Shown: one piece after another, positions 48,256 through 60,900 of the stretch
Layout of the letters: each line of letters opens with the position of its first letter
Numbering within the stretch: position 1 is the first letter of the stretch
Assembly: GCA_002104905.1 (NCBI GenBank)
Contig: MCFE01000008.1
Location: forward strand, 186,001 to 250,000
Source of the DNA: Basidiobolus meristosporus CBS 931.73
Lineage: Eukaryota; Fungi; Basidiobolomycota
Direction of reading: 5' to 3'
DNA length: 64,000 nt
Program-made: the position numbers and the translations under genes
The notes under the pieces: generated by a model
Database searches by the model: none
What the model saw: the letters and a program-made list of their open reading frames with translations, nothing else
Told to the model about the DNA's origin: nothing

Positions 48256-49834
48256 TTACTCAGACTTGGACTTCTTTGATTTCTTTTCCTTCTTTTCTTT
48301 TTTCTCCTTCTTCTCCTTCTTTTCCTTCTTCTTTTCCTTCTTCTCCTTCTTCTCATCCTCGGAGTCACTGCTTTCGGCCTTTCTCTTCTTGGTCTCCTCA
48401 ACAGCGGTCTCCTCCTCAACTTGGACAGTCTTTTGAGCAACGGGGGTCACTGGGGCAGCGGGGGTGGTGGGCATAGCGGCAGCAGCGGCTTCGCTGTCGT
48501 TGTAGTCGACATAAGATCCCTTCCAAGAGCTGGGGGTTTGCTCGTTGACACGGCCATATTTGTCGAGCTTGCCATCCTTGATCAACTTCTTCTTCTCAAG
48601 GGCCTTGGGTCCCAATCCCCACTTACGAGGATAGGTGTCACGCTCCATGACAACTCTCTTGATCTTGGCGACAACACCGTGATCGCAGGTGGCCATAACG
48701 GCGGTGGTCATCATGGCGATACCGAGGGCAATGGCCTCACCCTTGGTGGTCATAAGAACAACCTCCTCCCCAACTTCGATGCCAGACTCGTAACGGAGCA
48801 AACCGGGAACCATAACCTTGGCACCGTAGCAGATGGCGTTGACGGCACTATCCTTGATAACAATGCGCTTGTATGAGACAAGAAGCATTTCAAGAGGACG
48901 GATGACACGGCGAAGATATGACTCATCCTTGGTGTTATCGTAGACCCATTGGGCATCCAAGACATCGTGCATGGTGACCATGCCCTCATTTTCGGAAAGG
49001 GCACCGGAACGGACACGACGAAGCTCTTGCATGTGACCACCGACACCAAGGAGTAAACCAAGATGGACACACAGAGTACGCATGTAGGTACCAGCTTCGC
49101 AGCTAGCCCAGAAGACACCCAAATGTCTGTCGTTGTCATATTCAAAGAGCTTGGACTCGTAGATGGTACGAATACGCAATTGACGCTTGACAGCGGATAT
49201 AAGAGGAGGTCTCTGGAAAAGAGAACCGGTCAAGGTCTCGATGGCTTGGGCAACCTTCTTTTCATCATCGACAGCGTCGTGGAGACGAAGGACGCAGACG
49301 TACTCCTTACCAGCACCTTGCTGAGACTTAACCAAGCGAGTGGCTCTGTCAATGCACACGATCAAACAACCGGTAACCTTAGGGTCAAGAGTACCACTGT
49401 GACCGGTCTTGTCACAACGAAGGATTCTTCTGATCCAGGCAACAACTTCGTGGGAAGAGGGGTTGGCTGGCTTATCGAGGTTGATAACACCATATCTGCA
49501 CATGAAAATGTTGGTGAAAGTGAAATGGGAAATAAACCCTGGAAGAATCTATTTACCTGATGTATTCGCGCAATTCACGCTTCAAAGGAGAGCAACCGTT
49601 AGGAATAGGGGTGTAGTGACCAGTTCTAACATTGAGTTTGTCGTAGTTCTAGAAGAGCGTGACGAACAAAAGATTAAACAAGTGCGGACCAATCAATTGA
49701 CGATTCCCTCCTACCTTCAACAACAAGGGCCATTTTGAGGTATCGAGAGTGGGAACAGTGTTGGTGGGCTGGATGAGGAAGTCACCTTGCTGTTGCTTCT
49801 CGGCGACGGTCTGCTCGGTCTTTTTGGGAGACAT
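48256..49834 (-). CDS. CBF5: H/ACA snoRNP pseudouridine synthase (dyskerin) with KKE tail
   Basis: [58 protein letters not shown] domain, KKEKKE tail. Confidence 0.98.
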
Positions 49835-50256
49835 GACTAACTAAAGATAGGTACCTAAGAAAATTGCGATGCTGTTCCCTTCGTTGAACAAAAAGAGGAT
49901 ACCACAATAAGGTAGACAAGCTATACAATCAGGTAGAGATAAAAAAAAATCCGAACGAGAAAAAAGAAAAAAAGACTACATTGATTATTGGTTAACTACA
50001 AATTTTTTCCAAAAAAAAATCCCCATTTCGAACTTCACTCTTGAGGATCTTGAATGCTGGCTCATCTTACGTCAGGAAAGCATCGGTGCCTCAGCAGCCA
50101 AGTTATGTTACTTATGCACGCATCTAATGTGAAGATAACTATTCCTAGTTTTATTACAGAATTTCAATAAACGTACAAATGATGTTGCAAAAAATCTCGG
50201 TCCACTCTACAGGCTACAGGCTCAACAACTGAAGAGTGCGACTAAAAACCGCCAAT

Positions 50257-50530
50257 TTAGGCTCCACCGACGATGATGTTGTTGATGGGAATGTGAACTA
50301 ATTTAACGAAATAACCGATGAAGCCCATCAGAAGGAAGCCAATGGCTACGGCTTGGGTAATCTTCAGAAATTCTAAGGTCATCTCCTGTTAGTCGAGCTA
50401 CTTTTAACGACAAAAATATCAGGGCGATGTACGTACCTCTTTCATCGGGCTTTGTGCACTTGTTGAGTAACTGGATGCACTCCTTGGCGAATTGCTTGGG
50501 CTCCTCAAGTAAGGAATTTAACTGATCCAT
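50257..50530 (-). CDS. SSS1: Sec61 translocon gamma subunit
   Basis: [69 protein letters not shown]; one intron. Confidence 0.95.
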
Positions 50531-51200
50531 GGCTGTAGCAGAAAGAGGTGAACAAAGAACGTTAACTTCACCTTTCCTGTTCAAAACAATTATATATGCA
50601 CTTGAGCTATTAGCAAGTGCTAGTTAACTGGGTTAGTGATTTCCTAGGCGAGCCAATAGTATTTGGACAACAGGCTTAAGATTAAGGCTATCATTGGATT
50701 AGGGAGGACGCGATATTTGATGTCTCCTGTGAAATTGGTGACCACCACCAGTTCGTTTTGCGCTAACCTAAGCAGATTTTCGATGTTAGCAATCCGTATA
50801 AACCATTGATACCCCCTGACAATAATGGCAGCATGCATGTTGTATATTCAGCCATCATCGCGCTAAACATTGATTCGACACCAGGTTTGAGGTATTGATG
50901 TCAAATGTGTACATTGACTGTTATTGGTGGCTTTTGATGGAGCCATTTCTGAATAGTGCTAAGCCATTTGCATTGCTTTAATCAAAATAAATTCAATGTG
51001 AATAGAAATTTTCTTTTGATTTTGGATTTTTTTTCTGGTTTTACAATGGAGGTTTTTTTTTTCTTTTTTTTTCTCGACGAAGGGATATCATTCATCTGCG
51101 CAAATTGGCTACACTTGCTCTGGACTCTGCAACGTCTATTCTGCCCGTTCTTGGTTCCTACTTCCCCACCCAAACCACCAATTCTTGTTGAAGTGGAGTC

Positions 51201-53245
51201 ATGTCTCTCTATAATTTCAAAAAAATCCAGGTCGTGCCCAGTGCCGACGAGTTCTTGGACATTGTGCTGAGCAAGACTCAGCGTAAAACCGCCACTGTGG
51301 TTCACAAGAACTACAGTATCGGCAGAATTCGTACATTTTACATGAGAAAAGTTAAATTCACTCAAGACAGTTTCGAAGAGAAATTAAAGTTGATGCTTGA
51401 AGATTTCCCTCAACTCGACGTAGGCCCAGTTGTGTTGCTCCTTGTGTGAAGTGTAACTAACGTATGAACCCTTTCTCTTTTAGAACATTCATCCCTTCTA
51501 TGCCGATCTCATGAACGTTCTTTACGATAAAGACCATTACAAGCTTGCTTTGGGTCAAATCAACACTGCTCGTCACTTGATTAGCGCCGTCGCTAAGGAT
51601 TATGTCCGTCTTCTCAAGTTCGGTGATTCTCTCTACAGATGCAAGCAGTTGAAGAGAGCTGCTCTTGGTCGGTACGTAAGCTCTTCGTTTAATGCTGGAC
51701 GTGAACAAGGATTAATCGGTTTCATTCAATTTAAACAGTATGGCCACCATTATGAAGCGTCAAAAGGATAGTTTGGCTTACTTGGAGCAAGTTCGTCAGC
51801 ATTTGTCCCGTCTTCCTTCCATCGATCCCAACACTCGTACATTGGTTATCTGTGGTTATCCTAACGTTGGAAAGTCCAGTTTCTTGAACAAGGTTTCAAG
51901 AGCTGATGTAGATGTTCAGCCATATGCTTTCACTACCAAGTCCCTCTTCGTTGGTCACATGGATTACAAGTACCTTCGTTGGCAAGTGATCGATACTCCA
52001 GGTATTTTGGATCATCCCCTCGAAGAAATGAACACCATCGAAATGCAGTCCATTACCGCCCTTGCTCATCTTCGTGCTTGTATTATGTTCTTCATGGACT
52101 TGTCTGAGCAATGTGGATACAGTGTTGCCGATCAGTGCAAGCTCTATCACAACATCAAGCCATTGTTCGCCAACAAGCCCACCGTACTGGTTGTCAACAA
52201 GATTGATGTGTGCCGCCCCGAAGATCTGAAGGAGTCCGACCAAGCCTTGCTTCAGGAAATCGTCAACGATGGTAATGTCACCATGGTTCAAGTCAGTTGT
52301 TACACTGAGGAGGGTGTCATGGATACCAGAAACGCCGCTTGCGATAAGTTGTTGTCTTCTCGTGTTGAGATGAAGATGAAGGGACAGAAGATCAACGATG
52401 TCCTCAACAAACTTCACCTTACCAAGCCAGTTCAAAGAGACGACATTGAGAGACCTGTCATCATCCCTGAGGCCGCTCGCAGCAAGGTTAAATATGACAT
52501 TAACGATCCCAACCGTAGAAAACTCGAAAGAGACATTGAGGCCGAGAACGGTGGTGCTGGTGTCTACAACGTCGATCTTAAGAAGATCTACGACCTGGCC
52601 AATGAGGAATGGAAATACGATACTATTCCTGAAATCTTGGATGGCAAGAACGTTGCTGACTTCATTGACGCCGATATCGCTGAGAAACTGGACGCTTTGG
52701 AGCGCGAGGAGGAGCGTTTAGAAGCTGAAGGCTTCTACAACTCCGACGAGGAGATGGAGAACTCCGAAGATGAAGCCATCAAGGAAGCTGCCGGCGCTAT
52801 CAAGGAGAAGAGACAAATCATGACCTTGGTTAGTCGTCACAAGAAGATCAGAAACAGACCTGTTCTTCCTGCCAAGGCAGCAGCCAGGTCTTCCACTGTC
52901 AGCGACATGCACGACCATTTGAGTAGCATGGGTATCGATGCCTCTGAGGTCCGTGCCAGAAGCCAAAACAGAAAGAGAGCTAGATCCGAGTCTCGTGCTA
53001 CTAGCATGGCCCGTGAAAACAGCCAAGGACCTACCACCCGCACTGCTAGCATGGTTCGTGACAGAAGCACCATGGGCTTGCGCAACGTCAAGCAGAAGGT
53101 GGACGCCGTCAAGATCCAGAAGAAGTCTCAGCGCACCAACAACTTGCTTGCCAAGCGTGGTGAAGCCGATCGTGATATTCAGACCAAATTACCCAAGCAC
53201 TTGTTTGCTGGCAAAAGAAAGATGGGCAAGACTGACCGCAGATAA
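51201..53245 (+). CDS. NOG1: Nucleolar GTP-binding protein 1
   Basis: [68 protein letters not shown]; two introns. Confidence 0.98.
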
Positions 53246-53840
53246 ATCCGCATCCCCAGTCTTATCAACGTCTAATTCCATTCGAACACCGATTCTTCTC
53301 TGTATCACCGTCGCTACATACACTTCTATTACTTGTTTTCTTTCATTATCATATCGTTTATTTTAGAGTGCACATAGGTAATTTTTCGATTTCCCTCCTT
53401 ATGCTAATACATCGTCGAAACAAACACGAATAAAACGCGTATATACCAATGGCTATGTGTTGCATCATCAGGGGGTTTATATATCGGCTTTGAGCCCATG
53501 AATTTTCCGCATATTATCGACAGCGAATAACCACCACGCCAATGGTGGGGATGGGAGGGCAGCGTTAATTAACCCACCAGGTTGTTCATTCATGCTTTTG
53601 AAGCGGTTGATGATCTTGCGCTACCCTAAACTGGTTTAATCAATTCCCTTTCTCATTAATTGCTGTACTTATTATTCATTCTGCCATTTACTCACAGTTC
53701 ACCTTGTTTTTGCTCTTTCTTTTGCTATCTGCGGCAGCCTTATTATTACACAGTACTCTGTGTTCCTCTTCTTTTCTTTACAGCCGGCCGTTCCCCACAT
53801 CTGGACAGTAGCCTATTAGACATCATCCACACCTTTATAC

Positions 53841-54639
53841 ATGGCCTCCCTTTTCAAAGCATTGCTTGATTGGTTACGAAGCCTCTTCTTCAAAGAAGAG
53901 ATGGAGCTGACGTTGGTTGGTCTACAGAACTCTGGAAAAACCACTCTGGTCAACGTCATTGCTGTGAGTTGCTTTTGTATTCAGCGTTCTCGCCACAGGC
54001 ATTCTTGAATTCGTACTCATCTGCGATGTCTTTTCTTTGTATATTCCCTTACCCTCATCGATTGAACATTCCTAGTCTGGTCAGTTCACTGAAGATATGA
54101 TCCCAACGGTCGGCTTCAACATGCGCAAAGTTACCAAGGGCAACGTCACCATGAAGCTATGGGATATTGGGGGCCAGCCAAGATTCCGAAGCATGTGGGA
54201 GAGATATTGTCGCGGGGTGAACTCTATTGTGTAAGCATCAGTGTACTGTGAGAAATTTGGTTTGTTCAGTGTGTGATTTACATGCCTTGGTTTTACAGAT
54301 TCGTAATCGATTCCGCAGACCATGAGAAGTTCGATGCGGCCAAGACAGAGCTAAGAAGTCTGCTGGAAAAGCCACAACTTGCCAACATCCCAGTGCTAGT
54401 GCTTGGCAACAAAAACGACCTTCCAGGTGCCCTGACTGTAGAAGAGCTTATTGAGACTATGTAGGTTTTTGCACCCGGGAGGAGTGGGAACGCTTACTGA
54501 CGAACGTTTTCTATGATGTAGGAACTTGAAATCAATCACCAATCGTGAATTGTTTTGTTATTCAATCTCCGCCAAGCAACAAGTTAACATCGACCTCACA
54601 TTGCAATGGCTTATCAAGCATGCAAGGTCAGGGAAATAA
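53841..54639 (+). CDS. ARL8: Arf-like GTPase Arl8
   Basis: [78 protein letters not shown]; three introns. Confidence 0.96.
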
Positions 54640-54795
54640 AGTGCTACGGGACCATCTTATTACACGACCAGTACAGGACTCGAATATATGTAAATCGATT
54701 TTTTGAGATGATGAAAGAAGCCCTTACTTTCATGACATCCTATCCGGCTAATCTTTCCTTCCTTGTCCATTGGTCCATATCCTTTCTTACCTTAC

Positions 54796-54846
54796 ACCAA
54801 CCACCACCACTGCTGCTGCTGCTACCACTACTACTACTACTACCAT
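54796..54846. repeat. Compound trinucleotide microsatellite (CCA/CTG/CTA) in the ARL8 3' region
   Basis: caaccaccaccactgctgctgctgctaccactactactactactacc. Confidence 0.85.
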
Positions 54847-55064
54847 TGCTCGCGTTCATGCAATCGGAGGATACAGTGCTCGTCCACACCCTTTATTGAC
54901 TGAATTTATATATCTAGTATTAATTTGATTAAAACCATTTTTGTTCGAATGAACATCCAGTATGCAGGTCACTGCTGTATTCCATAGAATTAAAGACATT
55001 GTTTATTCATCTGGGTGGCGCAAACCTTTTTATTTACAGAGTTACATATATGTATATTTTGTGC

Positions 55065-55816
55065 CTAAGCATTCTCGATTCGTTGCATGAGACGTCGGTA
55101 TTGCTCGCTCTCAATTCTTCGGCGTCTCCAGACCAGCAAGATTCCGGAGCAAACACTCAGGAAGATTACGAAACCCTGTATATGATGGTGGAGAGGCCGT
55201 TAGTTCTGGTTCATGTTGGCTGACCAAGTCGTTTGTCGCTTACCATAAACTTGAAAAATTGCAATTTTTCATGGTATTTGGTTCTGGAGCAGCTACGATA
55301 GTTGGGCAGCTCCACTACAGCCAGATGCTTGCCAGCTTCGATGGGCGTGCATTGGATTGGCTCCTTGTAGCCTGTGTCTTGGCAGTATGGATTTGTGGCC
55401 TGAATGAATATGTTTGACGTTCAGCTTGACTTTACGAAGCTTGTGAATAATTGCATTCACTTACCGACTCTTCATCGCTGCATCGTCGGCAGGAGCCCAT
55501 TGAATAGCACTGGTACAAATCGTTGAGCTGGGCTTCATTCACACCAGCAGTGGTACCTTCTCGTAGCAATTTTTCGTCAGCATCTTGTTCCATTGGTCTG
55601 TCAGGAGAGTACTCTGCAGGCTTAAGGCTGGTGTTCTCTCCAGTATAATGAACATTTCGAAAGGCACCAACTAGCAAAAGACTATAGGTTGCAAAAGTTC
55701 AGCCATTGTATGGTTTGGCCGAAACATTACTAGAATAAGTATTACCATAGTGTGCCGGCAAGAAGCCACCAAAGGTATTTCCTCCGGCTGCTGAACTTTC
55801 GCTCTGAGGTTTTCAT
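55065..55816 (-). CDS. JTB: JTB (jumping translocation breakpoint)-like single-pass membrane protein, 4 exons
   Basis: N-terminal hydrophobic RRKYLWWLLAGTLCLLLVGAF; six-Cys module CYSMGSCRRC..YCQDTGYKEPIQC..YRSC; EKLQFFKFM + TM + WRRRRIE..RRLMQRIENA*, matching my recollection of the animal JTB layout. Confidence 0.72.
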
Positions 55817-56186
55817 GCTGGTTTTGTAATTAATTATTATTAAGTTGGGTAGAAAAGTTTATCCGAGTTGTAAAGTTAGAGTGGTGGTTAGTGGTGATTA
55901 GGTTGGGATAAAGAAGGGTTCACAACGACTCGGATCGACCTAAGTGGTTTATTGGTCAGATAAATCCAATTCTGAATGCATTCAAACCTTGGCCCGATTC
56001 ATTGCGGACGTCTCCGATCTCAAATGCTCCGGATCAATGGTGATGATACTGCATGGATGCGGATTTACTCTGAATGTTGTGCAAGCTATCTCAATTTATG
56101 ATGACGTTTATGGTTATTCTACAACTAATTAATCAATTCAGCTTGGTTCAGTTTCTTATTTCTCTCCACTACGCTGAAGTATTCCA

Positions 56187-57283
56187 ATGAACGACGTTAG
56201 TATACTACAAACAGCATTTCTCCTTTATACCCGAGTATTCACTGTTTTTTCTTGAAGGAATTCAGCCCCCGCTTCGCCTATGAAGATAGTGAGGATGAGT
56301 TTGAAAAAGAAGAGGAGCTGACTAAGTTCGATTTACCACTATTCAAATGGCTGAAATCTGATGGCTCTGCTGTACCGGAGGTGGACGTATTGTTAATAGG
56401 AAGTGGTGGGGGCGCCACTTATCTAAATCTAAACATACCAAAGAAGTTGATCGGTGGTTTTTTAATGCCTGAAATGAACTTGGTAGGGTCAACTTGTGCG
56501 AGCTTCCTGTTAGTGGATCTATGTTTGACGACGAATCTATACCAATAGAAATCGAACCCGTTCGACCAGTTCTCTGTCGAAAGTTCAAGCTGCGGCCTTT
56601 ACGAAATCGGTACCACACCGAAAACCTACATGCTGCTCTGCTGCTGTTCAATTGACAGTGAAGCTTCCCTCCTGCTTGGTCGGGCTATACTCTCTACCCT
56701 CCGCCCTAAAAAGTTGAAAATTTAAACCGCCATCACAAAGCGACTGTCATTAACTGCTTATTAATTATAGAGTCATCATGTTGGATGCTTTGGATGTATC
56801 GGACTATATTCCTCCGAGAACCAACGATGCGGCAACAACCACATCCCCCATTCGTTATCTTCAAACTTCTGCAGCTCCTTGGGTAGGCTTCTTGATACGA
56901 ACACTTCTTTGTTACATGTGTATATATTAACTAAGCAATCGTCGAACGTTATGCAGAATTGCGATTTCCAAATGTTGGAAATACCAAATATCGTCAAAAA
57001 CCTTAGCGGAGCGATCTTAACAAACGTCAGTGCAATCGTTGCCTCCTTAGGACTATAACCACTAACTGCTCTTCTACAGTGTGAAATCAAGGGCATCCCT
57101 GCCGCACTCTACCTGACATTTGAGGATCGTAGATTCAAGCTAGAGAAGCCAACCAATTCGTACAAAGAGATCCTAAGCTACCTCGCCACTCAATCCATTG
57201 TGCCACAGCTACCACAGTGTAACAAAAGAAGCAACCCTTCGACACATAGAAACACCGCGAGTAACAGCACTCTCTATCTGTAA
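56187..57283 (+). CDS. PSMG1: Proteasome assembly chaperone PAC1/Pba1-like
   Basis: Acidic N-terminus; IRYLQTS..LEIPNIVKNLSGAILTNCEIKGIPAALYL resembles PSMG1 LEQPNIV..AAVLSYCQ..IPAILYL; C-terminal HbYX motif LYL*. Confidence 0.78.
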
Positions 57284-57903
57284 ATGGTAATGGTGATCGG
57301 TTTTGCCTTGGAGTTAGCCATAGTAATGAATGGCAATTCTTACTGAATAATCTTAATAAACAAAACACTCCACAACGTCGAAACATTGAGATATCAAACT
57401 TCAGTATTCCGGATTCAGCCACTATTATTAATGAAATATCAGTTGATGGTTGGCCCTTACTTCAGACACATAGACTAGCCATTGGAAAGCCAGTGATTTG
57501 TAACATATGTGCTTGTCCAGTGATTTGTTGGTGCTCTATTGGTTGGAGGGGTTGGAACATTACCGTGTCATTGCAATACTTGTGTAAACATTCATTAAAT
57601 ATGCAAGCCTGGAAATGACGAGGCCAGCCCAAATCCCATAATATTCGGGGGTGTTTCCAAGGATTACGGAGTTATAACATCTATCGCAACTACCTCCCTA
57701 GCATATTTGAAATAATAAGACAACGTAACTAGCGAATTCCTGCTAGTTTCTTGAGAAAAATACGCAGAAAACAGAATAGTTAAGGTAGTACGTCTCTAGT
57801 TGATTGCTAAACAGCAATCTTTGGCTATCCTTCGAACTGTTACTGACCACTGGCTCCCTTTATCCCAACTACTGACGTAGCTTTGTGAAAAGTATATAAT
57901 ACC

Positions 57904-60900
57904 ATGAACGGAGCACCCAACATTGAAACCTTGGAAACGCTTTGCGAACAGTTCTACAATCCTCGGTCTAACGAGGAGCGTAGTAATGCCGAGAAAATGC
58001 TGGCATACTATTTCCCCACTTTCTCGGAAACAACCAACGTTCCTGGTGCTGCCCATTCTTCGGCCACCCATGTCCAAAACCCCATTGAATGCGCCATGCA
58101 GTGCCACCTACTCCTTGAATCCTCCTCCTCCCCATACGCTCAAATGTTTGCCTCATACCGTCTCCGAACTCTTGTCACAGATCATTTTTCAATCTTCAAC
58201 GACCAGCAAAAAATAGACGAGAGTAAGCGCATGGTCAACCAGCTATCGCCCACGTTACGGCTCATTGACTGAATCTCTTCTTAAGGAAATTTCGTACTCA
58301 ACTACCTGGGACAACACCCGGATCTTATGCCTTTTGTGGTGTCCTCGCTGGGACAACTATTTTCGGTTATCACAAAACTCGGTTGGTTCGAATCTGAAGA
58401 ATTCAAGAACCTCAACGAAGACATATCAAAGTTCCTTCAGGTTTCGTTGCATTCCCAGGTGATATGTGGGCCATATCGGTGACTAATACTCCGCATGTAT
58501 CTAGGCCAGTGCTCAACATAGAATTATTGGGCTACAGCTTTTAGGGCTATTAATTACCGAAATCAACCAATTGACGGCATCACGAAGTGTTGCGAAACAC
58601 CGAAAAATCGGTTGGTGCTGTAGATAGAAACATCACAACATCCCAGGCTTACCGTCCCCTTTCTCTTTAGCTGTCAACTTTCGCGATGGCGAGTTGCTGA
58701 AGATCTTCCAAACGGCCTGTGGAATCCTCAGGGATTTATTACGAGACGAGACGCAATTCAACAAAGGTTAGCATGCATTCGCACCCACCTTTTGCATCAG
58801 TATGCTTACATAATGTAGATACAAGCAGTCAGACAGGCAAGATGAAAGAGGCATGTCTAAACATCATCAAGAACGCACTGGCATTCGACTTTATTGGAAC
58901 CTGCCCAGATGAATCGTCTGACGATAGCGGCAGTATCCAGGTTGGTTGCACCATTATGCATACAAATCGTCCATAGAGCAATCCACTAATGGGGCCTCTT
59001 AGATCCCGTCCACTTGGAGAAGTATGTTTGAAGATCCTACACTGGTGAAAACCCTCTTCGACTGCTACAAATATTTCCAGCCACCACACTCCAGCCTTGT
59101 CATGGAGATCTTGGTTCAAGTCGCATCGATTCGTCGCTCCTTATTTAACGAGGAGGAGCGAGCCAAGTTTGTTGTCTTACTGATGGATGGGATTCGTGAC
59201 ATCATCAACACATCACAAGGCATGGATGACCAAAGCAATTACCACGAATTCTGCCGCATGCTTGCCCGCTTTCGTTCCACCTACCATCTCAATGAGGTGA
59301 GCGAGGGCTATGACTATGCCAGCTGGATAGAGGCCGTTGCTGGGTTTACCGTTAAGGCTTTCCACTCGTGGCAGGTAAGTGGGCATCTGGCCTAAGATTC
59401 AATGTCTCATCTGACCGTGATTTCTCTAGTGGGCACCAAACAGCCTTCCGTATTTGCTTTCTTTCTGGTCCAAGATGGCTTCGTCCCTGAGCATTGTCAA
59501 GTCAAGCTTCCTGCCGAAATTGGAGGATACCACCGCACACGTACACAATGCTAATAGCAGTGCTTGAAGTCAAACTCAATACTTACCTTTGCGTCTCTCA
59601 CAACAGTTAGCCGGAGAGTTTATCTCTTCGCGAATGGATTCCGTTGGCCCCATCATTGAATCGGATGGAATTATTGATGGTAAGACCTTTCCTCTGACCT
59701 GCATCGAACGTAAACACTGACCTAGAGTTCTCGTATTGTAGATCCACTTGATAATGAGGAGATTCTAATCGATAGTCTGGAGATGCTGACCAACGTAGCA
59801 AGATGCAAATACGAAAAGTCCTGTGAAGCGCTGATCCGGATCTTTGACTTCACAGCATCTTCGTACCAAGTAATTCATAGTTCGTATGCTATGGCTTTGT
59901 TTGAATTCCAGACTCAAGGGTGTGTGGTTTAGGGGGCTATCCAAAGTGCTGGAAATGGCGTTTATGATGAGAACTCTATCCTCGTGGCTGAATGTATGAA
60001 TTGATGCATATTGATGTTTGATCATCAGCGCTAATTCAGCTTATTTTTCAGCCAAATTGGCCTGGCTCGTGTATCTTATTGGTTCATTTATTGGCGGACG
60101 CACGGTAATCCTACCTTCTCAGCTTTCCTTGTCCGACCTTACCAACTCCCTACTCTAGGCCTATCAAAGCACTGAAGAGCAAGATACGATCGATGGAAAT
60201 TTGGCATCCAAGGTTCTTCAGCTGATGGAAATCAATCAAGTCTGGCTCAATCAGGTGAGAACCAGCTCAGCTCAGTTCAGCTCGCACTGATTCGTAAGGT
60301 TGCTAAATACCCTCCACAGAAAGGTGAAAGCGCCGGCAACGCCAAACTGGAGCTGGCCTATTTGCATTTCTTCTATCAATTTAGAAAGAGCTATATCGGG
60401 GAGCAATCATATCGTACCCCAAAGGTCAGTGTCGTAGATGCCATGAGTAGAAGCCCGCTTCCCACTTACATCTACGCTCTAGGTTTACGTCAAGTTGGCC
60501 GAAAACTTCGGTTTGAACGATCAGACCATGGTATGTCTAGATCCGCCTAGCCCTGCCAATCACGCGAACTAACCGGATATTTGCTTAGGTTTTGGATGTC
60601 ATTGTCAGGAAATTGTAGGAGCAACTCTAATGACTGGTAGCTACAAGAATGCTAACGTTTCGTGGTCGTTGTAGGGGAACCAATCTGAAGTATTGGGGAA
60701 ACAACAGTCGTATCATTTCGAAAACCTTAAATTTGTTCAATGAGCTGGCCAGCGGGTATTTAGTTTGAGCTTGGCATTTCCCAGAAGAGTGGCCCCTTAC
60801 ACTAAACTTGACCCATCATAGCTATAGCAGCGTCAGATTGCTTCAGAACCTCGACACCGCCAAGTTCATTTTAAGAAATCATACCTCCGAGCATTTCCCC

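Noticed and set aside
59579-59588. ATACTTACCT resembling the U1 snRNA 5' end
   Set aside because: Downstream sequence does not match U1; it lies inside an XPO7 intron and is simply the complement of a donor consensus.
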